Positions 50,261 to 60,004 of a stretch of 64,000 nt of DNA are shown piece after piece; position 1 is the first letter of the stretch, and each line of letters begins with the position of its first letter. The translations under genes and the position numbers were made by a program. Under the pieces are notes generated by a model. It searched no databases. It was not told where the DNA came from and was given only the letters and a program-made list of their open reading frames with translations. Source of the stretch: Elusimicrobia bacterium GWA2_66_18 (GTDB lineage: Bacteria; Elusimicrobiota; Elusimicrobia; UBA1565; UBA9628); assembly GCA_001799675.1 (NCBI GenBank), contig MGTX01000016.1:9876-73875 (forward strand). Reading direction: 5' to 3'.

Positions 50261-50887
50261 CTAGGCCGCCGGCTCTTTCCTGAAGACCAGGAAGAATCCG
50301 GGAACAGGATATTCGGAGGTTGCGCTCCCGCCTGAAGGGATGGCGAGGTCTTGATAGCGCCCGGAAAACCCGGCGTCAAGAAGCAGCTCGATCGTTTCCT
50401 TCTTGCCGCAGCTGCCGCTTATCAGCCGGTCCTGGTAATAGATGAGACGGCCCCCTGTTCCCAACATCCGCAGTATCTCCCGCGCATAGCGCGATGCGAC
50501 GCCCATGTCCCCTTTAGATTCGAACCTGAGCGAATTGATCATGATGATCAGATCCAGATCGCCGAAGGAATCCATGCCCGTCGCATAATCGCTTCTGGCC
50601 CTTTTCACTCTGATGTTATCGATGTGATTATTCCGGGCATATCTTCTCAGATGCTCCACCCAACGCACACGGCTATCCGTTGCGTGAACAAAACCTTTTT
50701 TTCCAACCAAGCCCGCGATCTTGACCGCGAAATATCCGGCTCCCGCTCCGATATCCGCCACTTTCATGCCCGGCTTCACAGCCATTGTTTTCAATTGGAG
50801 CCTGGCATCGGCAGAGCGATCCCTCACGCGATCCTCAGTCAACTGCCAGCCGGCATAATGGGGTCGGCGCTTAAGCGATTTGAGCAC
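50261..50887 (-). CDS. Class I SAM-dependent methyltransferase
   Basis: VKPGMKVADIGAGAGYF, G.VHATD, L..GGRL. Confidence 0.82.
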   Translation of the reverse strand: MLKSLKRRPHYAGWQLTEDRVRDRSADARLQLKTMAVKPGMKVADIGAGAGYFAVKIAGLVGKKGFVHATDSRVRWVEHLRRYARNNHIDNIRVKRARSDYATGMDSFGDLDLIIMINSLRFESKGDMGVASRYAREILRMLGTGGRLIYYQDRLISGSCGKKETIELLLDAGFSGRYQDLAIPSGGSATSEYPVPGFFLVFRKEPAA

Positions 50888-52935
50888 TATTGATCACCTA
50901 ACTCTGCGTGCCTGGGCTGGCTCGGTTTGCCCAGACACGCCATCAAGGCCGCCAACGCAGCGGCCTGCGCCCGGGTGCGAAGGGGTGTCTCGCTCGAGTA
51001 GCCGAAAGCGAGGTCGCCGACGGCCTTGTAGTACCGTGCGGCGCCTTGCAGCGGCTCGATGTTCACGATGAGAGCATCTTCTCCATCGTGAAGCGGCAAT
51101 CGTCGTGCGAGAGTCACGACCACCAAACGGCCCGGGCTCGGCTCGATGGAAGTGACGACAAAATCGGCGAGTCCTATATGAGAACCCGCTTGAGACAGCT
51201 GCGTTCGCACGCGTTCGGCGAGATCTGCGCTGGGAGAAGCGAGCGCTGCGCGACGCCTGCCCGCATCCGCGCAGCGCCGTTCCAGGCGATCGAAGGTTTC
51301 CCGGATGAGTTCCTTTTTTTTCCATGGCGGGAGCGTGGTCTTCATCAGATGGACGAGTTCGGCGGCGAACAGATCAGGACGCTTCGTGTCCAGCCCATGG
51401 CCGTCCACGAATTCCTTGAGCCAAGCATAGAGCGCGTCTCCCGAAAACACAGCATCCGGCATGACGCCGCGCAACGAGACGGCGCATACACGCACGATGA
51501 TGCCGCACGCGACGGCCGCATGACAATCCTTAAAGCGCCACGGCAGAAGCCCTGGGCGCGAGCGGAAGTCGGCCATCATGCCGTACGTCATCGCGACATC
51601 GTCGTAGCGCCTGCATACGATGCCGCCCTCATGCAGCGCCAATGCGGTGATCGGGGCTTCCTTGTGCAACTCGAGCGCCGAATAGAGCCAAGGCGCATTA
51701 GGACTGAATCCTCTGCTGATTCCTTCGTTGATCGTGATCTCGATGTCTTCCAGGGTCGTCCAAGGCGTGAAGGCGATGTAGCCCAGGGGCTGCGCGTAGT
51801 CGAAGCAAGCGGGATAGGCCGCCTTGAGACGGTCCGCCAGTTCCAAGCCCTGATCGATCTGTTGTGCGGTGACGCCCTTATTAAAACGAGCGTTCTCTCG
51901 CGGCGAGAAATGCTCGATGCCCATGCGGAAGAGGTTCAGCCGATGGCCGTATTTCTCGAGCTGGGGGAGCAATCTTTCAATATCGGCGCCGGCCCTCAAA
52001 AAGTCGTCTATTCGGGGCGCGAAAAAAAAATTCGAGGCGGGCAGGTCCAGTCCCATGATCATCTCGAAGAATTCGGCGATGCGCCTGAAGATACGGATGT
52101 CGCGCATGTTGAAACGGCCGCAATTGCGGCCTTGGGCGGCGGCGGTGCGGATGACCGCCGCGAACTGGGTGCGCGCGAGTTCGATGGGATCGGTCTGCAT
52201 CGAGCTCATGGCCGGATGGGTCGACGAGCAAAACGCGCAGCCTTTCCGGCGATCGCAGGCTGAAAGGTCGACGCCGCGATAAAGCGGGTTGCGGCTAAGG
52301 TCGGCGCGGTAATCGCAGGAGACGCCGCCGAGGATGGCCAGGAAAGGGCCGCACTCCCGAGCCTGCGGGTTCATCATGACCGCGTCGTAAATCGGCTCGA
52401 CCGCGCCTACGAAATAGCGGTCTTCGCGCCGCGGCAGACCCAGCCATTGCGACAGCCAGTCGGTCTGAAAGAAACGGAGAATGGGGATGTCCCGTTGGGA
52501 GATCGATTTTCCCCCAGACGCCTCCTTGCTCCAGCCTTCATGCTCCGCGATGAGATCGCACGCGGTCCGCTTCCCGGCTCGGGATTGGCGGTCATCCTCA
52601 GCGGACACGAGAAACTCGCCGCGCGGAACGGCCGTCTTCAAGAGTCGAAGCAGCTCCGGGCTCAGCGCCTCATTGATGAGGATATGCGTCGGAGCCCACT
52701 CGGCGAGGCGCCTCGCCAATTCGTCTTTGTCGCTTCGTCCGAGGACGGGCTTGTTCCAGACCTCGGTCGGGCTTTTCTTGAGCCCTTCGAAGCGGGCCCC
52801 CACGCACAACCAACGGGCTGCGATGCCGCCGCTTTCGGCAAAGCCTTTGTAGAAAGGGAAAAAGTCCGCCCACTCATTCCTCAAAGGCGAAGCGGCTACG
52901 AACTCGAGCAACAAAAGGCGCCTAGTGCCTATCAT
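50887..52935 (-). CDS. Large radical SAM-like enzyme, stretched Cys motif family
   Basis: CDYR...NP.Y...GCAFC, GIEHFS..E..RFNKG, IAFTPWTT, PWRF. Confidence 0.75.
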   Translation of the reverse strand: MIGTRRLLLLEFVAASPLRNEWADFFPFYKGFAESGGIAARWLCVGARFEGLKKSPTEVWNKPVLGRSDKDELARRLAEWAPTHILINEALSPELLRLLKTAVPRGEFLVSAEDDRQSRAGKRTACDLIAEHEGWSKEASGGKSISQRDIPILRFFQTDWLSQWLGLPRREDRYFVGAVEPIYDAVMMNPQARECGPFLAILGGVSCDYRADLSRNPLYRGVDLSACDRRKGCAFCSSTHPAMSSMQTDPIELARTQFAAVIRTAAAQGRNCGRFNMRDIRIFRRIAEFFEMIMGLDLPASNFFFAPRIDDFLRAGADIERLLPQLEKYGHRLNLFRMGIEHFSPRENARFNKGVTAQQIDQGLELADRLKAAYPACFDYAQPLGYIAFTPWTTLEDIEITINEGISRGFSPNAPWLYSALELHKEAPITALALHEGGIVCRRYDDVAMTYGMMADFRSRPGLLPWRFKDCHAAVACGIIVRVCAVSLRGVMPDAVFSGDALYAWLKEFVDGHGLDTKRPDLFAAELVHLMKTTLPPWKKKELIRETFDRLERRCADAGRRRAALASPSADLAERVRTQLSQAGSHIGLADFVVTSIEPSPGRLVVVTLARRLPLHDGEDALIVNIEPLQGAARYYKAVGDLAFGYSSETPLRTRAQAAALAALMACLGKPSQPRHAELGDQ

Positions 52936-53025
52936 CCCATCTCCGCGGTGTCGCATCCGCCTTCCTGAAAAACGTCCGATCAACGGTCCCCTGCGCCCGT
53001 GAATATTTCTCAGCGCTGCACATGA

Positions 53026-54543
53026 TTATTTCCGTCGGGCGCTGCGAAGGAGATCGAGCAATTCGAGCGCCGAGCTGGTTGTGGGATGGCGCTTGATGGT
53101 CTCGATGGCTTCTCGGAAGAGTGGCAGCGGGTCGAATGGCCCCGGCGGCGACTCCTTGATGAAGGCATCTGCCGCCAGTTTCTCAGGGTCATCTGCCGGG
53201 ATGTTGAATCGGTCGGATGACAGTCTGCGCGCGAGACGCCACAGGATCGCGACTTCCGAGTGAGCGAAGCGCCAGGGGATTTCGTTGCGGTCTGCGTCGT
53301 TATTGCAGCCGGCGTTGTAGAAAATGCTCTCGCTCTCCTTGACCAAGAGGCCGTCTTGCTCGGCAAGGAGCGTAATGGGGACATCCCGGAAGAGCATCAA
53401 TCGCCGGCTGAGCGCGAAGGCGCGGTCGATCAAGCGGCAGCGCTCGATATTGTCGAGGTTGATGCGCAGGTCCTCCGGCGTTGTCCAGGGGGTGAAGAGA
53501 ATCATGCCCAATCCTCCAAACGGCAAGCGGAACTGCGCGGGCCAGCGCGCGTTGGTATCGATCAGGAAGGCGGTTGCTTCATGGACCTGCTCCGCCGTGA
53601 TTCCTTTGTGCAAGCGCCTATTTTCATCCGGTGAAAAATTCTCCACGCTCAGACCGTTGATGCGTAATGCCGCGCCATTTTCGGCCAGCAACGGCAGGCA
53701 GCGCTCAATGACTCTACGCGCATTGAGCAATTCATCCAACCGCAGCATGAAATTAAGCTCGACTCCGCAGACTCCGCGCTGGACCAGAGCGCGGACGAGT
53801 TCCTCAAAGCGTCTCCAGAGTTCGAAGCCGCACAAATTGATGCGTTTTTCGACGCCCGGCGTTGGCCGCTGACGGCAGACCGACTCAATCTGCTTCACCG
53901 CAAAGGCCACCGAGTTCTCAATGTTCCAATGGGAGCTCCTTAAATCGGGCATCGCGCAAAAGGAGCAGCCCATGCTCACCGACGGAAGCTGGAGGCGTCG
54001 GTAGAAAGGATTGCGGGCGACGGGCGCGCGGTAAGAGCAGCGAGAGCCGCCCACAACCTCGATCACCGGGTTGATCGCCCATAAGGCTTGGTTGAGGATC
54101 TTGCGGCGGTAGATCGGCTGGATCCTGTCGAGCAGGCGGGCATCATCGAGCACGGAGCCCCGAGCCTCCGGGATGCGATGCCGGACGTAGTCGGCGATAT
54201 CTGGAAGGTCCTCGGTCAGGGCCCAGTAGACGAGACGTGCGCCAGGGACGACCGCCGAGATGTCGGATAGCTGTTTTTTGGGCAGGCGTGCGTTGAGCAC
54301 GACAACCTGAGGCTTGCGGCGGGCCGCCTCGGCGAGCAAGAGCCTGAGATCTCGTGGCGTCAAGGTATATCGGAGGGTAGGGGCATAGCGCACTCCAAGC
54401 ACGCACCAGTAAGCTCGCCGCCCCAGCAGACGACTCAGTCCCATCAAGAATGGATAGGCGCTAGTCCGGGCATTTTGCATGACGGCATCGGTCAGCAAAT
54501 CAACGAGCATCCAGCAGGAAGAATCAATGGTGTTCGAACTCAT
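53026..54543 (-). CDS. Radical SAM-like enzyme, stretched Cys motif family
   Basis: CSYR...NPFY...GCSFC, VENFS..E..RLHKG, ILFTPWTT, PWRF. Confidence 0.75.
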   Translation of the reverse strand: MSSNTIDSSCWMLVDLLTDAVMQNARTSAYPFLMGLSRLLGRRAYWCVLGVRYAPTLRYTLTPRDLRLLLAEAARRKPQVVVLNARLPKKQLSDISAVVPGARLVYWALTEDLPDIADYVRHRIPEARGSVLDDARLLDRIQPIYRRKILNQALWAINPVIEVVGGSRCSYRAPVARNPFYRRLQLPSVSMGCSFCAMPDLRSSHWNIENSVAFAVKQIESVCRQRPTPGVEKRINLCGFELWRRFEELVRALVQRGVCGVELNFMLRLDELLNARRVIERCLPLLAENGAALRINGLSVENFSPDENRRLHKGITAEQVHEATAFLIDTNARWPAQFRLPFGGLGMILFTPWTTPEDLRINLDNIERCRLIDRAFALSRRLMLFRDVPITLLAEQDGLLVKESESIFYNAGCNNDADRNEIPWRFAHSEVAILWRLARRLSSDRFNIPADDPEKLAADAFIKESPPGPFDPLPLFREAIETIKRHPTTSSALELLDLLRSARRK

Positions 54544-54671
54544 AAGAGCATGAGAAAAAAAGCATATCCGCGTCGATCTTTCAAAAGAAATTATAGATCA
54601 TATGAAAGCGTTCGTCGGGGAAAAGGGACCCGGCTGAGTTATGGTTGTCGGGAGAACCCTGGAGTGATAAT

Positions 54672-55535
54672 ATGTCCGACAGGGATCGGATCGGAGGGCT
54701 GGTGCCCAAAGTTACTGTTGTTTTTAAGGAGCTCGGGTGCGGTTTTAAATGTCCCTTCTGTGATGTTTGGGCCAATGATGCCAGTGACGCTCCGCCTGAT
54801 TTAACCGAACTCTCTGATGCGGTGCAGACACTCCTAGAGGGACAGAAGCAGCAAGATGTTCTTGAGTGTGTCCTGAGCGGTCCGGAGCCGCTGGCTTCAC
54901 CGGTATTTTTTAAGGTGCTGGCGGCGGCGCGAAGGTTGGGGTATGCGAATATCCGTCTTAATACGAATGGGATACGACTAGCCGATAGAGCGTTAACCCA
55001 GCAGTTGGCTCGCTGCGGGATCCGGGGTGTCGACATCCCTGTCTATGGAAGCAATGCCAAGCTGCATGACCGAATGACTGGAATGGCGGGAAGTTTTATC
55101 CTGCTCATGAAGGCAATAGATAATTTGAGGAACTGCCCAGGGATTCGAATTGAGGTTGTGCATACCGTCATCCTAAAACAGAATCTCCGTGATCTTTCGA
55201 AGTTGTGCGCTCGGACCAAGGATCTTGGGCTGCCGAAGTTGGAGATTTGGATGCCTTTTGCTCGCCCGTCGGCCAACGAGCTGAGTAGGCTGCGAGACAT
55301 TTGTCCATCTTTGACAGATGTCGGGAAGGCCTTGCGACGAATTCCATCGGAATTCTATCGATTTCTCGGGATGCCTCTCTGTCTATGTCCACCACAGGTC
55401 CCACTGGGAGTCTCTCTCCGCGGGTTCCAATATGCGCGGAAATGCCAAGGTTGCACGATGCGTGCCGCATGCGTTGGTGTTCGTGAGAGTTACTTACTGC
55501 TTTATGGAGACAAAGAGCTCCGTCCCTTTCGCTAG
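54672..55535 (+). CDS. Radical SAM enzyme, HxsC-like tail
   Basis: ATG after GGAG; CGFKCPFC, SGPEP, NTNG, MPLC, CQGCTMRAACVGV..Y...YG..EL.P. Confidence 0.85.
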   Translation: MSDRDRIGGLVPKVTVVFKELGCGFKCPFCDVWANDASDAPPDLTELSDAVQTLLEGQKQQDVLECVLSGPEPLASPVFFKVLAAARRLGYANIRLNTNGIRLADRALTQQLARCGIRGVDIPVYGSNAKLHDRMTGMAGSFILLMKAIDNLRNCPGIRIEVVHTVILKQNLRDLSKLCARTKDLGLPKLEIWMPFARPSANELSRLRDICPSLTDVGKALRRIPSEFYRFLGMPLCLCPPQVPLGVSLRGFQYARKCQGCTMRAACVGVRESYLLLYGDKELRPFR

Positions 55536-55604
55536 AGGCGCGGTAGAGTCCGACGATCGGGCGCTGCCGGCTCAGAGGCCGCGCCGTCGTCTCGATTGAG
55601 GGGG

Positions 55605-55722
55605 CTTGGCCCTTGCGCGTGAGTGCGCCGATAACCTTGAATGAGATGCGCTCGCTGTTGATCGAGCGGCCGACGGGGTCCCGGTCGCCGAATAGATTCG
55701 CGACGACGGCCGGCCCCAACAA
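55605..55722 (-). pseudogene. MacB-like ABC permease periplasmic-domain remnant
   Basis: LGPAVVANLFGDRDPVGRSI...ISFKVIGALTRKG with no flanking permease sequence. Confidence 0.6.
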
Positions 55723-55908
55723 CGAAGCAGGAGAAATTGCGCGCAGAAACTCGGGTCTTGAATTATTCCGGGAGCTGGAGCTCGCCGGGAAAATGGGCGC
55801 GCGCTGCGTCGACGGCCTGTCCGAGAGCGACGTCACGCCGCTGAAGGCTTGGCCGGCGAGCCGGGGCGCGGCGGAGCACATCCACGCGCAGGAGGTCCTG
55901 TGCGGAAG

Positions 55909-57000
55909 ATGACGCCGCTCGCCAGACTCGTCGCGGCGGGCGACCTCGCGCTCTCGGCCCTGGCCGCCTTTTTCGGGCTTCGCTTCCTCGTGATCGCGGT
56001 CTTTTTGGGCTCGATGACTGAGGGCCGCCTCCCGGCGGCGGGCTTCGTCCTCCTCACGGCGACGCCCTTCGCCTTGGCGGCGGCCTCCGTCGTTCTGCTC
56101 ATGGCCCAAGGCGTGTCGAGGACCAAGATTCTGGGGACCTGCGGGTCGTTCGGGGCGATCGGTCTTGCGCTCGCCCTATGGCCGGCCATGATTATGACCA
56201 ACCCGAATGATTTGGGGCTGGCCTCGCAAGGCGCAAATATCAGCTATGAGTTTGACTTTTCGCGCGACGCCAACAAGGATAACTACCCGCTGTGTCGCTA
56301 CCGGAACAACAGCCTCGGCTACCGTGATGAGGAACCGCCCGTCGCGCTCAAGAAGGGGGAGCGGCGAATACTGCTTGTCGGCGACTCGTACATCTGGGGC
56401 GACGGCATCCCCGTCAATGAGGAAACCCTTGCCTACCTTCTGCGTGCTGAGCTGGCACGGCTGGCGCCCGGGCGCTTCAGCGTGATGAGCGCGGCCTATC
56501 CCGGACTAGGGTTTTACGGCTACGGCCGGTTGATCGACGTGCTCTGCGCGCGCTACGACCCGGAGGTCGTCGTGGTGGGCTCTCTGGGCGAAAGCGACTG
56601 CGATCCCTTCGATGCCCAGTATCTGCTGGACCATCTTCCGCGTCTCTGGCTCGTCCGCAACCTGGTGCTGAACCTCGGGGCGGCTCAATATCTGCATGAG
56701 GCGTCGGTAAGCCGCTTCTCGCCGATATGGACCAGCGCCGAAAACCGGGAATACTTCGCGGCGTTGACGCGCGACTTTTCGCTGAAGGCGCTCGAGCGGG
56801 GTTATCGCCTGATGTTCCTGTCCTACTTCCCTCACCCGTCGCTGCCGGAAGGCATCGAGACGCTGGATCTGCCCGAGGACCTGCGCTACCCGTGGCATGC
56901 CAGCGACCTTTGGTACGCCAAGGACTTCCATCCCAAGACGAAGCTCAATCGCATCCTGGCAAAAATGATCGCCGAGAAGATCATCCAGAAGGGGCTCTAA
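55909..57000 (+). CDS. Membrane-anchored SGNH/GDSL hydrolase-like protein
   Basis: N-terminal TMs; NSLGYRD, RILLVGDSYIWG, PGLG, DFHP. Confidence 0.72.
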   Translation: MTPLARLVAAGDLALSALAAFFGLRFLVIAVFLGSMTEGRLPAAGFVLLTATPFALAAASVVLLMAQGVSRTKILGTCGSFGAIGLALALWPAMIMTNPNDLGLASQGANISYEFDFSRDANKDNYPLCRYRNNSLGYRDEEPPVALKKGERRILLVGDSYIWGDGIPVNEETLAYLLRAELARLAPGRFSVMSAAYPGLGFYGYGRLIDVLCARYDPEVVVVGSLGESDCDPFDAQYLLDHLPRLWLVRNLVLNLGAAQYLHEASVSRFSPIWTSAENREYFAALTRDFSLKALERGYRLMFLSYFPHPSLPEGIETLDLPEDLRYPWHASDLWYAKDFHPKTKLNRILAKMIAEKIIQKGL

Positions 57001-57036
57001 TGCAAAAGATTTTAGTATATTACCTATACTTTACCA

Positions 57037-59982
57037 ATGAACCGGGACGAAGGCATCGTGCTCATCGAGTTCGTCGCCCTGGGACGATTTAATGTCGCCG
57101 GCGAATTCCCGTTCATCCACGCCTGGCTGAAACACAGCTTGCATATTCCCGTCTTGTGGGTGCGTTTCGCGCTCAATCCTGATGTGCGTTTCGGCAGCCG
57201 CGAAAGCGGAATCAGCTTAAAAACCGCCGATATGGGAGCCCTCCTCAAACTGGTCCGCAATTGCGCAGCAAGACGAGCGCTTTTTAACTTTCAGCCGTCG
57301 GCGTCTCTATGGCGGAAGTTCCAGTCGGAGCATCCGCGGGTCGATGGCCGTTTTTTCTCAAGTGGGAATGCGGCGCAAGACGGGAGAGGATCGAAACGTC
57401 TGCGGCCTCTGCGGCAGGACGGCCAAACGTTGGTGCGCTGGCTGGGTCTTAAAACCGAAGAAGTGAAATCCTCCTATATGGCGGAAAAGCCCGATTTTGG
57501 CTTCATCGCGGGAAACCGTGAAGCTCGGATGATGCAGCCACTGGCGTTCGTCCACGGCGGACAGGAGTGCGTCTATCGCAAGAGTGTCGTTGGCAACCCG
57601 GCCTACGCGGGCGTCGACCTCACGGGCGCTAGGACCGAGGGATGCGCTTTCTGCGTCAGCGGGGCCGGCGTCGGCGCCGACCAACCTCGCCGCGCTCCAA
57701 CCGTCGAGGACGCGTTGCGTCAGATCGATGCATTCTTCCGCACGTATCCACTGCACGACGTCCGTTCGCGCCCTAGGCTGAGGATGTCGGGGCAACAGCT
57801 GCTCCTTGAGGTCGAAACGCTGACCGCACGCATGTCTCAACTCGATTTTCCCCCCTGCGACCTGCTGTTTGACGCGCGCATAGACTACCTGCTGAAGTTA
57901 AAGGACCGATTAGCGGGGTCGGCCAAGCGCCTGAAGGGCACCGGCCACAAAGTCCATATCTGTCTTGTCGGATTGGAGAATTTTTCGTTCTCCGAGCTTC
58001 AACGGATGAACAAGGGAATCACCCCGGCCCAGAGCCTTGCCGCGATCCGCATTCTGCGAGACATTGAACGAGCCTACCCGGAAGAATTCGGCTTTGAGGA
58101 ACACGGCGGTCTTTCGACTATTTTTTTTACGCCCTGGACCACGCTCGATGACCTGGCTCTGAACTTCTCCATCGTAAGCCATTTCCGACTCGAGAGCCTA
58201 TGCGGAAAGAGACTGACGTCACGGGTCCGGCTCTACGATGGGTTGCCTCTGACGGCTCTCGCCCGGCACGACGGGCTCATCGTCAACCGCTATGACGACG
58301 CAACGTTCGACACGGCACGGCTTAATTTCTACCCCGATGAGATCAAATGGAGATTCAAACATCCGGAGGTGTCGCAGATCAATCGGATCACGCTGCGCAT
58401 GGACGTCAATCCGGCCCTTGAGTCAGACCCCTTGTATGCGCGCGTGCAATCATGGCTCAAGACGACGATCGCCGCCGGCGCCTCTCAGGCGCAGTGCATC
58501 GTGGACCTCGTCGGCCGCGCGCTGTCGCACCGCGGCCCCGTCACAGCCGAGGCGCTGCTGGAGCCGCCGGCAGAGAAACCGCCATTGGAATTGTCGAATC
58601 TTTCGATGCCGGATATAGAACCCACGAAAAGCCTTCTCCTGAAGCTGAAGTTACAGCGCGCCGGCTTCGCCAGCGTCAGTCGTCTGGAGCACCTGGATCC
58701 CGAGTCGGCCGAACGGCTTGGCCGGCAACTGAGAGAGAAAGGCGGCGAGGTCATCGTCGTGCCGCGGCGCCAAGGAGACGCCTCCAAAAAAACGTGGGAT
58801 GTTTTTTTCGGCCCGCGCTCCGGCGATGTGGCGGAGGCGGCCCGTTTAACGAACGTGCAATACGCCTCAGCGAGTAATACTAAGACGAGCGCCGCCAAGC
58901 GGCGCATTGGGGAGTTGTACGGCTATCCTAAGTGTTGCGCCCGAGCCTTCGCCTCGTTTCGTTGTTCCTCGCCTTACTTGAACGAGTGGATGATCCTGCT
59001 TCGTCGCTGCGAACATCCGGGGCCGATCGACCCGCTCCTCAATCCATTTTCCGGTCACGTCATCTATGTCCCCTGTTCGGTGCGCTGCCAAACGAGCATC
59101 CGGCGCTCCCGAGAGCTCCTCAAACTGTCCTCCCGCGCGTCTCATGACCCCGTGAAGGCCTCGCTTAAACATCCCTTTTTATTTCTCCTCGACCGGATCG
59201 GGGAATATGTCGAGTTGATCCCGCAGGGAGCGGTGAGCGGGAGTTTTGATTTTATAGCCGGGGTCATTAAAGGGCATGATCCAGAGCTTCTCGCCCTGGC
59301 CGGGGGCGGGACAATCACCATCGCCGAAGGGATCATCGTTGTCCACCGCGATGGCGTGCGGGTGGCAAGCTTTATAATGCGGGCGGCGGTCTGGTGGCAT
59401 CAGCAGGCCTTCGACTTTGAGTTCTGGCGCGAGTGTTCCGCGGAAATTCTTGAGCGTCTTCCCGAGACGACGCGCCCCTCGGAAACCGTTGAGCCGGTTT
59501 CCAGGCCTCCCGCAAAGCCTCCCCCCCAAGCCGCTGAAGCGAAAAAAGAGAAGCCTCCCGCGCCGCAGAAGACGACGGCCGCAGTCGACACAGCTTGGCG
59601 CCTATTTCTGGCCGACTTGGATGCCCAGTTTCACCGCAGCCAGCACAGCCCCTGCCGAAGCCGTTATGACGGAGAGATTCTGTCCGTGTCTTTGGGGAAC
59701 AAGAGTTTGCCCCTGTTCCCGGTCTCGAAGGATTCGCCCTGCAGCGCCTACTATGCGCAGACCCCCAACTTTTACATCTGCATCCGCGGCAAGAGCAAGA
59801 TGTCGGATTCAGAGCAGCGCCATCTGCGGATCTATCTGGAGATGCTGTCTCAACGTGATGAGCTGCTCAAAGTCCTCCTCCGTTCCGCAAAAATTTCGGG
59901 CGCACATTCCGCCAAAATCCGCCTCACCCGAGCGGCGCAACCCGGCCCTCCCCGAACGCGGATGCCTCCAGAGCGTTCCTGA
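57037..59982 (+). CDS. Large radical SAM-like enzyme (stretched Cys motif) fused to GYPxCC Cys-rich domain
   Basis: CVYR...NPAY...GCAFC, GLENFS..E..RMNKG, IFFTPWTT; then GELYGYPKCCARAF and YVPCSVRC. Confidence 0.75.
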   Translation: MNRDEGIVLIEFVALGRFNVAGEFPFIHAWLKHSLHIPVLWVRFALNPDVRFGSRESGISLKTADMGALLKLVRNCAARRALFNFQPSASLWRKFQSEHPRVDGRFFSSGNAAQDGRGSKRLRPLRQDGQTLVRWLGLKTEEVKSSYMAEKPDFGFIAGNREARMMQPLAFVHGGQECVYRKSVVGNPAYAGVDLTGARTEGCAFCVSGAGVGADQPRRAPTVEDALRQIDAFFRTYPLHDVRSRPRLRMSGQQLLLEVETLTARMSQLDFPPCDLLFDARIDYLLKLKDRLAGSAKRLKGTGHKVHICLVGLENFSFSELQRMNKGITPAQSLAAIRILRDIERAYPEEFGFEEHGGLSTIFFTPWTTLDDLALNFSIVSHFRLESLCGKRLTSRVRLYDGLPLTALARHDGLIVNRYDDATFDTARLNFYPDEIKWRFKHPEVSQINRITLRMDVNPALESDPLYARVQSWLKTTIAAGASQAQCIVDLVGRALSHRGPVTAEALLEPPAEKPPLELSNLSMPDIEPTKSLLLKLKLQRAGFASVSRLEHLDPESAERLGRQLREKGGEVIVVPRRQGDASKKTWDVFFGPRSGDVAEAARLTNVQYASASNTKTSAAKRRIGELYGYPKCCARAFASFRCSSPYLNEWMILLRRCEHPGPIDPLLNPFSGHVIYVPCSVRCQTSIRRSRELLKLSSRASHDPVKASLKHPFLFLLDRIGEYVELIPQGAVSGSFDFIAGVIKGHDPELLALAGGGTITIAEGIIVVHRDGVRVASFIMRAAVWWHQQAFDFEFWRECSAEILERLPETTRPSETVEPVSRPPAKPPPQAAEAKKEKPPAPQKTTAAVDTAWRLFLADLDAQFHRSQHSPCRSRYDGEILSVSLGNKSLPLFPVSKDSPCSAYYAQTPNFYICIRGKSKMSDSEQRHLRIYLEMLSQRDELLKVLLRSAKISGAHSAKIRLTRAAQPGPPRTRMPPERS

Positions 59983-60004
59983 GTCGCCGGGAGAAAACAA
60001 CGAC

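Noticed and set aside
59417..60004. 196-aa N-terminal extension of the 858-aa ORF
   Set aside because: Overlaps the upstream gene; paralog similarity starts at MRLMLIEF (60005)
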